A stretch of 64,000 nt of DNA from Methanobacteriota archaeon (GTDB lineage Archaea > Thermoplasmatota > Thermoplasmata > RBG-16-68-12 > JAFNFQ01). Position numbers and translations under genes: made by a program. This document shows positions 29,801-39,477 of this stretch, piece after piece. The notes under the pieces are model-generated. The model was not told where the DNA came from. It saw nothing but the letters and a program-made list of their open reading frames with translations, and did not search any database. The stretch is taken from NCBI GenBank assembly GCA_017885655.1, contig JAFNFQ010000032.1, positions 1,258 through 65,257 on the forward strand, read 5' to 3'. Each line of letters starts with the position of its first letter. Positions within the stretch are counted from its first letter, which is position 1.

Positions 29801-32285
29801 GCAAGTGCCTTTCGTGAACACGACTGCCGCGAAGGTGAAGGTTTGCGCGACGGACACTTCGAACCTGACGGGCTGCGGCATCAGTGGAGCCTTCACGATT
29901 GATTCAACATCGCCTCAAGTCACCTCAACGGTGCCGCCGGACGGTGCAGTCGATGTCCCTCTGAACGCGACTCTGGTGGTGACTTTCGATGAATGGATGG
30001 ACAACTCCTCGGGCAGCGTCATGCTCATCCCGTCCATCACCGGAAGCATCGTCTGGCCGAATCCCACGACCATGTATTTCATCCCAGGCAATCTGTGGAC
30101 CGGGTGCACGGTCATCACAGTCGGGCTGATGGGGTTCAAAGACGACAGCGACCCTGGCAATACCATGGGCGGGACCTACACGTTTTCCTTCACGACCGTC
30201 TGCCCCGGACCGCCGCATGTGGCGCTGATAAGACCCGTCGGCGGCGAGTACTGGCGTGGCGGCTCCTCGCAGTTGATCAACTGGACCGCCTTCGACTCGG
30301 AGACTTCGTTCAAGAATCTCACCTTCATAGTGAATTACTCGAGCGGCGTCTCCTCCGGGACTATTGTCGGTCCAGTCAAGATGCTGACCGCTTACCTCTG
30401 GACCGTCCCGTCCATCGACGCCGCCGATGTGAGAATCAACGTCACCGTGATCGACCTCGACTCGATGAGCGGCTTCGCGGAGAGCGGTGCATTTACAATC
30501 GACTCGACCCCGCCATCGTTGTCAAGCCATATCCCGACAGGCTGGAATGTTCCGGTCGACTCCAGCGTCAGCGTCACATTTTCGGAGCCCGTGGTGGCTA
30601 TAATGAACAGAACGGACCTCGCAATCGCATTGCGCGATGGGGGGACAGGTCAGTGGGTTCCTGCATCACGGGCTCCATCAGGCTTCACGGGCTTCATGCA
30701 GCTTGTCCCCGGCCAACCTCTGAAGCAGTGCACAGCATACGAGGCGTTCGTGAATGACACCTTCATAGACAGGGCTTTGTGGACGCTGACCAATCCCGCC
30801 TCGTGGACATTCCACACGGTGTGCCCGCCCTCGCTATCCTTCCAGACCGCCGTGGCCGGGAAGGACTGGACCGGTGGCTCCAGTCACAGCCTCGCCTGGA
30901 CCATGGGCGACGAGATCGATACTCAGTTGAAAGTCTGGATCAACTACTCTAGAAACGACGGAGTAGACGGCTACCCGTATGCGGCATACTCAGGCGCGAG
31001 GCCGACGGGCGCGAACGCTTACGCATGGACGCTGCCGCTTATCGACACGGAGAAAGCGCGCATCAAGATCACCGTCGCGGACAGTTCCGGCATGGTTGCG
31101 TCCGCAATCACCGCCAACTTCACGATAGACTCGACGCCGCCATCGATCCTGAGCAGTGTGCCAAGTGGCGGTTCGCATGGCATCAAGATCACTGACGTCA
31201 TCCAGGTTGTATTCACGGAGGCCATCGTAAGGACATCCGCTGAGCAGTCGTTCTCCCTGTCTCCGAATCCAGGAGGTTTGGGGTTCTCTTGGCAGCGCAC
31301 CACTTTGGGCAAGGACATTATGATCGTCGACCACAAGCCGCTGAGCCAGAAAACGGACTACACGATGACGTTCTCCACGACGATGCGCGACGATAGCGAT
31401 CCCGGCAACCATCCCGCCAGCGCCCTCACGATACAATTCAGCACCAAGCCCCCGCCGCCGGTGAACCCACCGGTGGCAATGGCGGTCGGGCAAAACCAGA
31501 TAGCTGTCGGAGAGGAGACTACATTCGACGGCAGCCAATCGACAGGCAACATCACCAAGTACGTCTGGACAATCACCGACAACCAGGACAACATCGTCGA
31601 GGTGCTCGAGGGGAAGGTGGTGAACTACACCTTCAGCCAGAACGGGCGGTACAGGGTGACGCTCAGGGTGATAGACGAACCCAGCGGCGTCTGGGACGAG
31701 GACTACATCGAGATCAACGTCACCAGCAGCGTGAATGCGGGCGCGATCATCCTGCTGAGCTCGGCCCTCATCATCGCAGCCGCGGTAGGCGGCACCGAGG
31801 TCGGCCGCGTCGCACTCTTTATGCTCCTGGCGGTCCCTGTGTACAAGCGGAAGATGAAAGGGAAGGACGACGTCGAGACTCGCGGCATGGTCATAGGGTA
31901 CGTCAGAGTCCATCCTGGAGACACCTTCACTGACATCAAGACCAACCTCGGGCTGCACAATGGCTCTGCAACCTGGCACCTGATGAAGCTCGAGAAGGAT
32001 GGTATCATCAAGTCACAGATCCGGGGTTCAAGGAGGCTCTACTTCCCGGCGAACATGCCGCTGCCTTTCGAGGACGGCGGGGACCTTCACGAGATCGAGA
32101 AGCGGATGCTACACATGGTGAAGTCCGACCCCGGGATGACCGTGAAGGTGCTGGCGGAGGAACTCGGCGTATCAAGTCAGCTCGCGCTCTACCACATGAG
32201 GAAGCTGTCACAAAAGGGGCTGGTTTCCCTTGAGAGACGAGGACTGCGTCTGAAGGCCTATCCCCCGTCAAAGCGCGCGACCTAG
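26829..32285 (+). CDS. giant (1818 aa) surface protein. Signal peptide, two NosD-like right-handed beta-helix modules, ~8 Ig-like domains and a PKD domain, then one TM helix and two C-terminal cytoplasmic winged-helix (HTH) domains. TTG start
   Basis: Beta-helix repeats (NVYVHSD..., NxxxxN ladders). Repeated GGEDWTG Ig-like units. PKD-like VWTITDNQDNIVEV...YRVTLRVIDE. TM helix AGAIILLSSALIIAAAVGG. Tail RGMVIGYVRVHPGDTFTDIKTNLGLHNGSATWHLMKLEKDGIIKS ... VKVLAEELGVSSQLALYHMRKLSQKGLVSLERRG. Confidence 0.8.
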   Translation: MKRVSTSAVGLVLLIVQLAVLVSIPRGVSAYTFHTPIYIDGNGGFNASNGVTGGSGLPGDPYVIEGWDINSTGTGGMGIENTDAHFVIRNVYVHSDPISPQGIAFRNVKNGRIEGSTISNHYVGILIDRFTQNVSIIGNQISSNWEGLYSESNVTVEGNTFNDNRRGLFLYSGATVRNNDFVSNTHIGIDLSWSAFGGTISENRIEGNGNGGWVGGIVFENNSAHWTVSHNQIRYNNASGIFMVWGPSNITVEYNDISYNVGEGVHFEDARDVTVAHNNFIGNAVPQAYDANGAVNRWDSGCSGGGNYWSDYTGSDNIDCRSGSAGSDGMGDSPYVIDADSQDNYPFMHPLILDNWTYTPHPPILITSNAGFNASNGVTGGSGLPGDPYIIEGWEIDASAGVGIKIWYTDARFTIRNVYVHSNPQVFTGAINLRSAQHGLVENSLVTGSNSGLFIDSCYDIAMAGNVISGNSVGIDSFWSDYVIMTGNNVTSTAGIGIYTGSTNTTVEGNTFSGNGRGLYVDGGATVRNNRFLSNWGTGINLGHASYGGLISGNAINGNGLGSGAGIYIGNTSAQWTISNNRITSNNVSGISVVSPANNITIDHNEISYNLGYGISLAANDILVHSNNFRGNGIQAYDIGANRWDDGCAYGGNYWSDHSGVDAVDCSTGGAGSDGFVDAPYVIDANSQDNYPLMGPLSFNNTPPDVTVVIPDGGEDWTGNTVHDIEWTMYDDYDVNLTVWIYWSTNASWNPIPSAQGIARQVGYNTFSWTLPGIDSTSVRVKVEAEDSNGTWGSDTSDDFFTIDSTLPTVLSTDPPDGATDVLILVPLTINITFSESMNPGSSAGFSISPYVPGSLSWPAPNVLRFYPYQTLSQCTMYTVTQGANATLDGSDPGNSLDGNGNGQEEGSPTDDYSFSFTTQCFGNEPTATVTSPVGGEDWTGGYSKQISWDVSDPQDPPSLLNVSIYYSTDGGQTWILIVTGLSGNDTPYSWQVPFVNTTAAKVKVCATDTSNLTGCGISGAFTIDSTSPQVTSTVPPDGAVDVPLNATLVVTFDEWMDNSSGSVMLIPSITGSIVWPNPTTMYFIPGNLWTGCTVITVGLMGFKDDSDPGNTMGGTYTFSFTTVCPGPPHVALIRPVGGEYWRGGSSQLINWTAFDSETSFKNLTFIVNYSSGVSSGTIVGPVKMLTAYLWTVPSIDAADVRINVTVIDLDSMSGFAESGAFTIDSTPPSLSSHIPTGWNVPVDSSVSVTFSEPVVAIMNRTDLAIALRDGGTGQWVPASRAPSGFTGFMQLVPGQPLKQCTAYEAFVNDTFIDRALWTLTNPASWTFHTVCPPSLSFQTAVAGKDWTGGSSHSLAWTMGDEIDTQLKVWINYSRNDGVDGYPYAAYSGARPTGANAYAWTLPLIDTEKARIKITVADSSGMVASAITANFTIDSTPPSILSSVPSGGSHGIKITDVIQVVFTEAIVRTSAEQSFSLSPNPGGLGFSWQRTTLGKDIMIVDHKPLSQKTDYTMTFSTTMRDDSDPGNHPASALTIQFSTKPPPPVNPPVAMAVGQNQIAVGEETTFDGSQSTGNITKYVWTITDNQDNIVEVLEGKVVNYTFSQNGRYRVTLRVIDEPSGVWDEDYIEINVTSSVNAGAIILLSSALIIAAAVGGTEVGRVALFMLLAVPVYKRKMKGKDDVETRGMVIGYVRVHPGDTFTDIKTNLGLHNGSATWHLMKLEKDGIIKSQIRGSRRLYFPANMPLPFEDGGDLHEIEKRMLHMVKSDPGMTVKVLAEELGVSSQLALYHMRKLSQKGLVSLERRGLRLKAYPPSKRAT

Positions 32286-32362
32286 ATACATTGAAATAAG
32301 CGTAAAAGGCGCGTACAGCAACTTACTTCTATCCAGCGAACCCTGTCTTCTCCGGGATTGTC

Positions 32363-35300
32363 TTGAGAAAAGCGGGAGCGCTCGAGATGGTCAGCATCGT
32401 CCTGGCGGTGCAACTAGTGCTTCTGCTCCCTTCTCCGCGTGTCATGGGATGGATACCGGAGCCGTACGAGCTCTACGGAACCGCACATGATGAGGCCGGG
32501 GTCGTTCTTCTCGATGGTGAGCCGATCAGGACGTTCATCGATGGAGTCGAATACTCTAACAAGACCTCTGTGTACAGCCGCCCGGGATACTTCGACGGAT
32601 ATTTCGACGTCGACACCTACGGCAACTACAGAAGCAACCGCACGGTCCCCGGCACGCCGTGGATAAAGGAGGGCGGCGACGACGGGGAGCCGATCATGTA
32701 CGTTTGGGGGGACATGAGCAACAACACTCCGATCGGAGGGCCCACGCAGCCGTGGAAGACCGGCGTGGTTTTCAAGGAGAACCACACGTGGCAGACGGGG
32801 CTCCCGCCTGAGGCCGGAGACCTGAACGCCGCGCTTGGCGCGCTGCAGCCGCCGCTCGTCAAGATATACAGCATCGTCACGAACAGCACCCTCAATCCTT
32901 ACACGGATTTCGTCCAGCTCTGCAATCCAACGCCATACCCAGCGGAGGTTTCGACACTATATATCCAGAAGGACGTTCCGGGGAATATCAATGGGCCGAT
33001 TGTCCAGATACCGTCCGGTACGATCAAACCATACGGGCGCTACTACGTCAACACGGGGATGCTGAACTACTTTGTCGAGACTGGAGACGCCGTGAAACTG
33101 GTATGGAAGAACAACGCCTCCAACCCTCAGGCGCCCTTTGGCGGGAAGGACGTGATTCTGGACAGGATCGAGTTCAACAGGACCGGCGGGACCGGGACCC
33201 TTAACTGGGAGCCGGGCAACACGATTATGAACAACGAACCCGCGCCGGATAGGGGCTTCCAGATCAACAGATCCGAAACCTGCCGCGACACGAATTCGAT
33301 GCAGAAGGACTTCTTTGTCAATTTCGAACTTATCGATGATGTTCGACCCTTTCCACCAGATCCGGTCTGCATCCAAGGCCTGTGCAACTGGGACCTCGGC
33401 AATCCGACGCTGGATCACATCACCGTCCTGAGCAACTTCAGGATAAATTGGACGCACCAGGATCCTTACCTGAATCCGCAGATGGCGGCATCTGTCTATA
33501 TATCGACCATGCCGAATGGCAGCCTCAAGATATGGACGGGTTCCATCGGATCCGCTCAGGAACTGACCTACAGTGGCCTGCCGCTGCTCAAATGCGCTGA
33601 TTATTGGCTTGGGGTGAGCACGAAAAATGCTGGTCCGCTTTATGGTGATATCACCGAGCTGAAATTCCACACGAACTGTCCCCCGGCGTGGCCACCGAAG
33701 GTGTGGCCGCTCATGGGTGCCATCGTTCCTGCAGGGACGCAGATGGTGTGGTGGTCAGAGGTCGTCGACAGCGACCCCGGGGATACCGTCAATTACACCT
33801 GGGTGGTGGACGACTCTCCAGTCCTCTCGCTGCCATATGTGAGCACCGGCACGACGACGAGCAACCACTCAAATGCTTTCATGACGAATCCGACAATGAC
33901 GTACTACTGGTGTGTCGATGCGTCGGACGGGTGGTCATACACGAATTGCACGGGCTCTTGGTTCTTCAAGACTTCGGGGAACCCAGTGGTATCTGTTTCG
34001 GTTCCTGTGGGAATTGAGGACTGGACCGGCGGTTCGGATCATTATATTGTCTACTCGCTCTCCGATGATCTCGACTCGCAACTTGCAGTCGAGGTGAACT
34101 ATTCACTCGATGGCGGCAACGACGGATATCCATACCAGGTCTTCGCAGGCCTCAAAGATGTAGGAACGATCAACCATCAGTGGACCCTGCCGGTTGTCGA
34201 TTCGAAGGCGGTACGCCTTAGAATCACCGCAACTGACAGCACGAATCTCTCCGCTGTGGCATACAGCGTTTCCTTCGAGATCGACTCGACCGCGCCAATC
34301 CTTCTGACGACCGTACCCGCAAATAACTCCTCAGGTGTGACGATCACGGATGACGTCCAAGTCGTCTTCGACGAGCCCGTCAACAAGACATCGGCTGAGC
34401 AGGCTTTCTCCATCAGTCCTGACCCGGGAGACATCCAATTCGATTGGACCGTGACCGGCCAAGGCAAAGACGTTCTCGTCGTGAGTCATAAGCCGTTCAG
34501 ATCGGAAACGGAGTATGTCGTCGCGTTCGGCCCGGTGCTGCGCGACATCAGCGACCCGGGAAACCATCCCTCCATCTCCCTCACGTTCAACTTCACGACC
34601 AAACCTCCGGTGGTAATCCAGCCGCCTGTCGCGAAAGCGGTGGGGAAGAATCAGGTCCAGGTAGGTGAGGAAGTCACTTTCTACGGCAATGAATCGATGG
34701 GCAACATCACGAGATACGTCTGGACCATCACGGACAACCAGAATCACATCGTCGAGGTGCTCACCGGAGTGATTGTCAACTACACGTTCAATCAACAGGG
34801 GCGGTACTCTGTCACCCTGACCGTTTATGACGACACGACCGGGTTGAGCGATGGCGATACGATGGAGATCGTCGTAACAAGCAATCCGAAGGAGGGCCTC
34901 GACCTCACGTGGCTCATCGTGCTCATTGCGATTCTCTTCATGTGCGTTTTCATCGGCGGGACCGAGATCGGCCGCGTCGCGCTGCTGACACTTTTGGTCG
35001 CCCCCATGCACGGCAGAAGGACGAAGGACAAGGATGAGGCGGAGACTCGGGGGATGATCCGCGGCTTCATCCTGGGCAATCCCGGGGAGTGCTATACTTC
35101 CATCAGGCAGAACCTCGGGCTGAAAAACGGAACGCTGTCCTGGCACCTGATGAAGCTCGAGAAGGAGGGCATCATTAAGTCCAGGGTGCAGGGCACGAGG
35201 AGGAGGTACTACCACAAGGGGGCGGCCATTCCCGCCGAGAACGGCGGCGAGTTGCGCGAAATCGAGCAGCGGCTGCTGAAGGTCGTCGAGGAGGATGTGG

Positions 35301-35455
35301 GCAGGTCTGTGAAAGAGCTGGCTGAAGAACTGGGGGTCTCCAGCCAGCTCGCTCTATATCACATCAGGCGACTATCGCAGAAGGGGTTCGTCATTCTCGA
35401 GAGGAAGGGATTGCGGCTGCGGGTCTACATGCCCTCGGAGAATCGCAACACATAG
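32363..35455 (+). CDS. paralogous 1030-aa surface protein. Extracellular N-terminal region, Ig-like and PKD domains, then TM helix and tandem cytoplasmic wHTH domains. The start is TTG 32363 or ATG 32387
   Basis: The C-terminal ~230 aa (PKD-TM-wHTH-wHTH) are ~70% identical to the preceding protein. TM helix WLIVLIAILFMCVFIGG. Tail RGFILGNPGECYTSIRQNLGLKNGTLSWHLMKLEKEGIIKS ... VKELAEELGVSSQLALYHIRRLSQKGFVILERKG. Confidence 0.8.
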   Translation: MRKAGALEMVSIVLAVQLVLLLPSPRVMGWIPEPYELYGTAHDEAGVVLLDGEPIRTFIDGVEYSNKTSVYSRPGYFDGYFDVDTYGNYRSNRTVPGTPWIKEGGDDGEPIMYVWGDMSNNTPIGGPTQPWKTGVVFKENHTWQTGLPPEAGDLNAALGALQPPLVKIYSIVTNSTLNPYTDFVQLCNPTPYPAEVSTLYIQKDVPGNINGPIVQIPSGTIKPYGRYYVNTGMLNYFVETGDAVKLVWKNNASNPQAPFGGKDVILDRIEFNRTGGTGTLNWEPGNTIMNNEPAPDRGFQINRSETCRDTNSMQKDFFVNFELIDDVRPFPPDPVCIQGLCNWDLGNPTLDHITVLSNFRINWTHQDPYLNPQMAASVYISTMPNGSLKIWTGSIGSAQELTYSGLPLLKCADYWLGVSTKNAGPLYGDITELKFHTNCPPAWPPKVWPLMGAIVPAGTQMVWWSEVVDSDPGDTVNYTWVVDDSPVLSLPYVSTGTTTSNHSNAFMTNPTMTYYWCVDASDGWSYTNCTGSWFFKTSGNPVVSVSVPVGIEDWTGGSDHYIVYSLSDDLDSQLAVEVNYSLDGGNDGYPYQVFAGLKDVGTINHQWTLPVVDSKAVRLRITATDSTNLSAVAYSVSFEIDSTAPILLTTVPANNSSGVTITDDVQVVFDEPVNKTSAEQAFSISPDPGDIQFDWTVTGQGKDVLVVSHKPFRSETEYVVAFGPVLRDISDPGNHPSISLTFNFTTKPPVVIQPPVAKAVGKNQVQVGEEVTFYGNESMGNITRYVWTITDNQNHIVEVLTGVIVNYTFNQQGRYSVTLTVYDDTTGLSDGDTMEIVVTSNPKEGLDLTWLIVLIAILFMCVFIGGTEIGRVALLTLLVAPMHGRRTKDKDEAETRGMIRGFILGNPGECYTSIRQNLGLKNGTLSWHLMKLEKEGIIKSRVQGTRRRYYHKGAAIPAENGGELREIEQRLLKVVEEDVGRSVKELAEELGVSSQLALYHIRRLSQKGFVILERKGLRLRVYMPSENRNT

Positions 35456-35487
35456 GCTTTTCTTCAGGCTCGCGACGCCAAGTTTGG

Positions 35488-36045
35488 TCAATGGCTGGCC
35501 GCCGCGGCCCCCATGGCCGCAGCTTCCTCTTTTCTCAGGACCATCACGTACCACCCGAGAATCATCATTATCGCGAGATGAGGGGAGTCCCTCACCGCGG
35601 TGTCTATCGTCACCTCGCAGCCCTTCAATGTGTCTTTGACCGTGCAGAGCAACTTCTTGCCCACATCGGTGAATCCCCAATGCATCTTCCAGAAGCTCAG
35701 CTTCTGAAACTGGAAGGTCCGACCGTCGATGAACTGGAGGACCCCGTTGTACCCCAAGTCGAGCTGCAGCTTCCCGTAGTCCGTGTCGAAGGCCATCTTC
35801 CTCACGGTCACGTACGGGTGCAGGAAGCCGCCTCTTTTGAAGCTGAACTTGCCATCGGCGCATTCGCCGATTGCGAGCGAGCCGAACGCACCCTGCCAAG
35901 TCAGTGTTGCATAGATGTCGTTCTCCGATCTCAGTTCGTAATGGCGGCGGAGCAGTTTCGGATGCACCCACTTCAGGATCTTCCCGCGGTAGTCCTTGAT
36001 GGGCCTCATGGCAATCCGCTCTTCTTCGCACCTTGATGCGGACAA
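35488..36045 (-). CDS. hypothetical protein (possible tubby/LURP-one-like beta-barrel with a C-terminal hydrophobic helix)
   Basis: ORF with the likely start at MRPIKDYRGKIL. No confident family. Confidence 0.45.
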   Translation of the reverse strand: MSASRCEEERIAMRPIKDYRGKILKWVHPKLLRRHYELRSENDIYATLTWQGAFGSLAIGECADGKFSFKRGGFLHPYVTVRKMAFDTDYGKLQLDLGYNGVLQFIDGRTFQFQKLSFWKMHWGFTDVGKKLLCTVKDTLKGCEVTIDTAVRDSPHLAIMMILGWYVMVLRKEEAAAMGAAAASH

Positions 36046-36080
36046 AGGAATTTAAGGTGAGGGTCGCTTAACGTTGCGGC

Positions 36081-36989
36081 ATGACAGACCTCGCCGTGAA
36101 GCTGGCGGGCCTGAGTCTGCGGAACCCGACCCTGCTCGCCTCTGGGATACTCGACGAAACCGGCGGTTCTCTTCTGCGCGTTTTCAAGAGCGGAGCGGGC
36201 GCAGTAGTGTCGAAGTCGATCTGTCTTCTTCCTCGAGATGGCTACAAGAATCCGACCATCGTGGAGCTTGAAAACGGCATGATCAACGCGATGGGCTTGC
36301 CGAATCCAGGAATCGAGGAATATGTCGCCGAGGTCGCGAAGGCCGTGAAGGCGGGCGCGATCCTCGTCGGAAGTGCTTTCGGGAAGGACGAGCAAGAGTA
36401 CGCCTCAGTCGCGAAGGAATTCGAAAAGCATGGTGCCGCGGCGGTCGAACTGAACCTGAGCTGCCCGCACGCTAAAGGATTGGGTCTCGATATCGCGCAG
36501 AGCGCCGGGGCTGTCGAGGGGTTCACGCGCGCTGTCAAAGGTGTCGTGAAGATTCCGGTGATGCCCAAGCTGTCCCCCAACGTCACGAACGTGGCGAACC
36601 TGGGGCTTGCTGCCGAGCGTGGCGGCGCCGATGCGATAGTCGCAATCAATACGGTCAAGGCGATCGCTATATCCACCGAGCTGAGGATGCCTATTCTCTC
36701 GAACAAATATGGCGGACTGAGTGGCCCAGCGATCAAACCGATCGGGTTAAGATGCGTCTACGACCTCTACGCGGCGGTGGACATCCCGATAATCGGGGTT
36801 GGCGGCGTAACCACTGGTCTGGACGCTGTGGAGTATTTCATGGCGGGAGCGAGCGCGGTCCAGATAGGCACCGCTCTCAGGACGCGCGGATACAGCGCGT
36901 TCCGTCTGATCTGCAAGGAGATTCAGCAGTTCATGGAGAAAGAGGGATTCAAGACAATCGGGGAAATGGTCGGGCTTGCCCATGAGTAA
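36081..36989 (+). CDS. pyrD: dihydroorotate dehydrogenase catalytic subunit (class 1B)
   Basis: LAGLSLRNPTLLASGILDETG, NAMGLPNPGIEEY and a TIM-barrel FMN site. Confidence 0.9.
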   Translation: MTDLAVKLAGLSLRNPTLLASGILDETGGSLLRVFKSGAGAVVSKSICLLPRDGYKNPTIVELENGMINAMGLPNPGIEEYVAEVAKAVKAGAILVGSAFGKDEQEYASVAKEFEKHGAAAVELNLSCPHAKGLGLDIAQSAGAVEGFTRAVKGVVKIPVMPKLSPNVTNVANLGLAAERGGADAIVAINTVKAIAISTELRMPILSNKYGGLSGPAIKPIGLRCVYDLYAAVDIPIIGVGGVTTGLDAVEYFMAGASAVQIGTALRTRGYSAFRLICKEIQQFMEKEGFKTIGEMVGLAHE

Positions 36990-37761
36990 TCTCCATATCG
37001 TCAAGATAGAGAAGATAGCCGTCGAGTGCCACCACACCAAGACTTTCCGATTCCACGCTCCTTTCGAGGCGGAGCCGGGCCAGTTCATTATGGTCTGGGT
37101 CCCCCGCCACGATGAGGTGCCGATGGCGCTCTCATACATCGATGGCCTGAAGGGATTCACTTCGCACGCTCAGGGCGAAACGACAAACGCGCTTGCGGGT
37201 TTCGAAGTGGGCGATCGCCTTGGGATTCGGGGCCCGTTGGGCAACAGCTTCGACATCAGGGGTAAGAGAATCCTCTTCGTTGCCGGCGGAACAGGGATGG
37301 CTTCGGTCGCCGCCGCGATGGAAGCTGCCGCCAAGAGTGGGAGGAAAGTGGTCACCGCGCTCGGAGCGAAGACCAAGGATGAAATCATCTTCGTGAAGCG
37401 CGCAGAGAAGGTCGGAGAGGTCCACCTAGCCACAGACGATGGCTCCGAGGGGTATGACGGCTTCGCGAGCGCGCTGGCGGAGAGATTGCTCGAGTCGTAC
37501 AAGTTCGACCAAATCATCACTTGCGGACCCGAAGCGATGATGAAGAAGGTCGTTGGAGCCGCCACGAAGAAAAGGATACCGGTTCAAGCATCCGTCGAGC
37601 GATATATGAAATGCGGTATCGGAATCTGCGACGCCTGCGCCTTCGGCGATAGGCTGGTCTGCGTCGACGGCCCTGTCTTCGATGGTGAGTATCTTGCGGT
37701 GTGCGAGGACTTCGGGCGCTACCGCCGAGACGAGAGCGGGCGCAGAGTACCCATCAAGTAG
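36976..37761 (+). CDS. pyrK: dihydroorotate dehydrogenase electron transfer subunit (FAD/2Fe-2S)
   Basis: FNR-like fold plus a C-terminal CGIGICDAC cluster. 14-nt overlap with pyrD. Confidence 0.85.
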   Translation: MPMSNLHIVKIEKIAVECHHTKTFRFHAPFEAEPGQFIMVWVPRHDEVPMALSYIDGLKGFTSHAQGETTNALAGFEVGDRLGIRGPLGNSFDIRGKRILFVAGGTGMASVAAAMEAAAKSGRKVVTALGAKTKDEIIFVKRAEKVGEVHLATDDGSEGYDGFASALAERLLESYKFDQIITCGPEAMMKKVVGAATKKRIPVQASVERYMKCGIGICDACAFGDRLVCVDGPVFDGEYLAVCEDFGRYRRDESGRRVPIK

Positions 37762-37795
37762 CAAGGTTAAACTGCCTTCCGACGATTCCACGTGC

Positions 37796-39427
37796 ATGCT
37801 CGATCAGGCAATGGATGCGCTCGCCGAGGAAATCGTGCGATGGTATGCGCAGTGGAATCCCGTCTATGGCACGTATCTGGGCATACATGACTACGACCAC
37901 ATGCTGCCCGACTCCTCTCTGTCAGCATTGAAAGAGGAGATCCGCCGCACAAAGGAGTTCAAGGCACGGCTCCAAGCACTCAAACCGGAGGAGCTCTCGC
38001 CCGCCAGACAGATTGACAGGCGCACCCTCCTGAGCGCCATGGATCTGAGCCTGTTCGACGAGGAGGTGCTCCACAGGTCTGAGATGTACCCTGCGGCACC
38101 GGGAGAGTTCGGGACTTCCATCATGCTCCTTTACCAGAGAGAGTTCGCGCCGCTGCCTGAAAGACTGCAGTGCATCTCAGCGCGATTTGCCGCAGCCCCG
38201 AAATATCTCGGCGATGCGAAGGAGCGGCTCACCAGACCAGTCAAGCTCTGGACGACAATCGGGATCGAGTCCTGTTCGCAACTCCAAGGCCTGCTCAAGA
38301 TGATAGAGGGAATCGGCAGGGGCGCACTGCCTCCTTCTGACGCGGAATCATTGGCCGACTCGTCTGCAAAAGCGTCGAAGGCGCTGAACGACCACGAGAA
38401 ATGGCTGAGGGAGGATGCGTTGCCGAGGGCGACAGACAAGATCGGGATAGGCGCACGCGACTTCGACAGATTAATCAAGCTCAGGGGACTCGGTCTGACG
38501 GCGGACGAGATCTACTCCCTTGGAAATAACTACCTCGCATCCGCGAAGAAGCAACTCAGCATCCTCGCCGGGCAGATCAGGCCGGGGTCTTCGGTCGAAG
38601 ATGTCAAGGAACTCGTGCAGTCGAAGCATCCGAAGGACTTCGCAGAAGCGCTGTCAATGACGGTAAAAGCGATGAACGAGGCGAAGGAGTTCGTCGCGAA
38701 GAGGGACATAGCCACCTTCCCGCCAAACGAGGAGCTCAAAGTGATCGAGACCCCTGAATACCTGAGGCACGTGATGCCGATCGCCGCCTACATGCCCTCC
38801 GCTCCTTTTGACGCGATTCAACAGGGCATCTATATGGTCACGCCCGTGCAGGAGGACTCGAACGAGCTGAAGAAGCACAGCTACGCGAAGAACTGGATAA
38901 CCGCCATCCACGAGGGTTACCCGGGGCACCACCTGCACAACAGCTGCGCTGCCGTGAACAAGTCGTACGCCAGGGCATACGTGTGGTCCATAGAAACCGT
39001 GGAAGGCTGGGCGTTGTACTGCGAGGAGATGATGCCCGAGCATGGATTCCACAACGAGCCCGAGGTGAGGTTCTCGCAGACCCTCGACCTTATCTGGCGG
39101 GCGTGCAGGGTCATCATAGACGTGGACATGCACCGCCGCAAGATGACCTTCGACCAGGCGGTGGACATGCTCATGAGAGAGGCGGGGCTGGACAAGGCGA
39201 CCGCGGCCTCGGAGGTCAAGAGATACACCTATACCCCGGGATATCCGCTGTCCTACCTGATCGGCAAGCACATGATCATGGAGCTTAAGAATCAGGCGAA
39301 GAAGGAGCTCGGGCCGAAATACAGCGACAAGCTGTTCCACGACACATTCCTCTACGCCGGCCTGGTCCCGATGGCGCTTATCAAGGAAGTCTTCGAGCAG
39401 AAGTTCAAAGAGATGAAGTCCGCCTGA
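37796..39427 (+). CDS. DUF885 family protein (putative metallopeptidase-like)
   Basis: HEGYPGHHLHNSCAAVN signature. ~540 aa. Confidence 0.7.
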   Translation: MLDQAMDALAEEIVRWYAQWNPVYGTYLGIHDYDHMLPDSSLSALKEEIRRTKEFKARLQALKPEELSPARQIDRRTLLSAMDLSLFDEEVLHRSEMYPAAPGEFGTSIMLLYQREFAPLPERLQCISARFAAAPKYLGDAKERLTRPVKLWTTIGIESCSQLQGLLKMIEGIGRGALPPSDAESLADSSAKASKALNDHEKWLREDALPRATDKIGIGARDFDRLIKLRGLGLTADEIYSLGNNYLASAKKQLSILAGQIRPGSSVEDVKELVQSKHPKDFAEALSMTVKAMNEAKEFVAKRDIATFPPNEELKVIETPEYLRHVMPIAAYMPSAPFDAIQQGIYMVTPVQEDSNELKKHSYAKNWITAIHEGYPGHHLHNSCAAVNKSYARAYVWSIETVEGWALYCEEMMPEHGFHNEPEVRFSQTLDLIWRACRVIIDVDMHRRKMTFDQAVDMLMREAGLDKATAASEVKRYTYTPGYPLSYLIGKHMIMELKNQAKKELGPKYSDKLFHDTFLYAGLVPMALIKEVFEQKFKEMKSA

Positions 39428-39477
39428 GGGCTCGGTCCCGAGGCGGGGTTGCCCCCGTCATCGGTCGAAATGCGATC

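Noticed and set aside
37682-37795. Upstream extension of the DUF885 ORF overlapping the pyrK 3' end
   Set aside because: The first ATG after the pyrK stop (37796) gives a protein of family-typical length. The extension is probably non-coding read-through of the frame.
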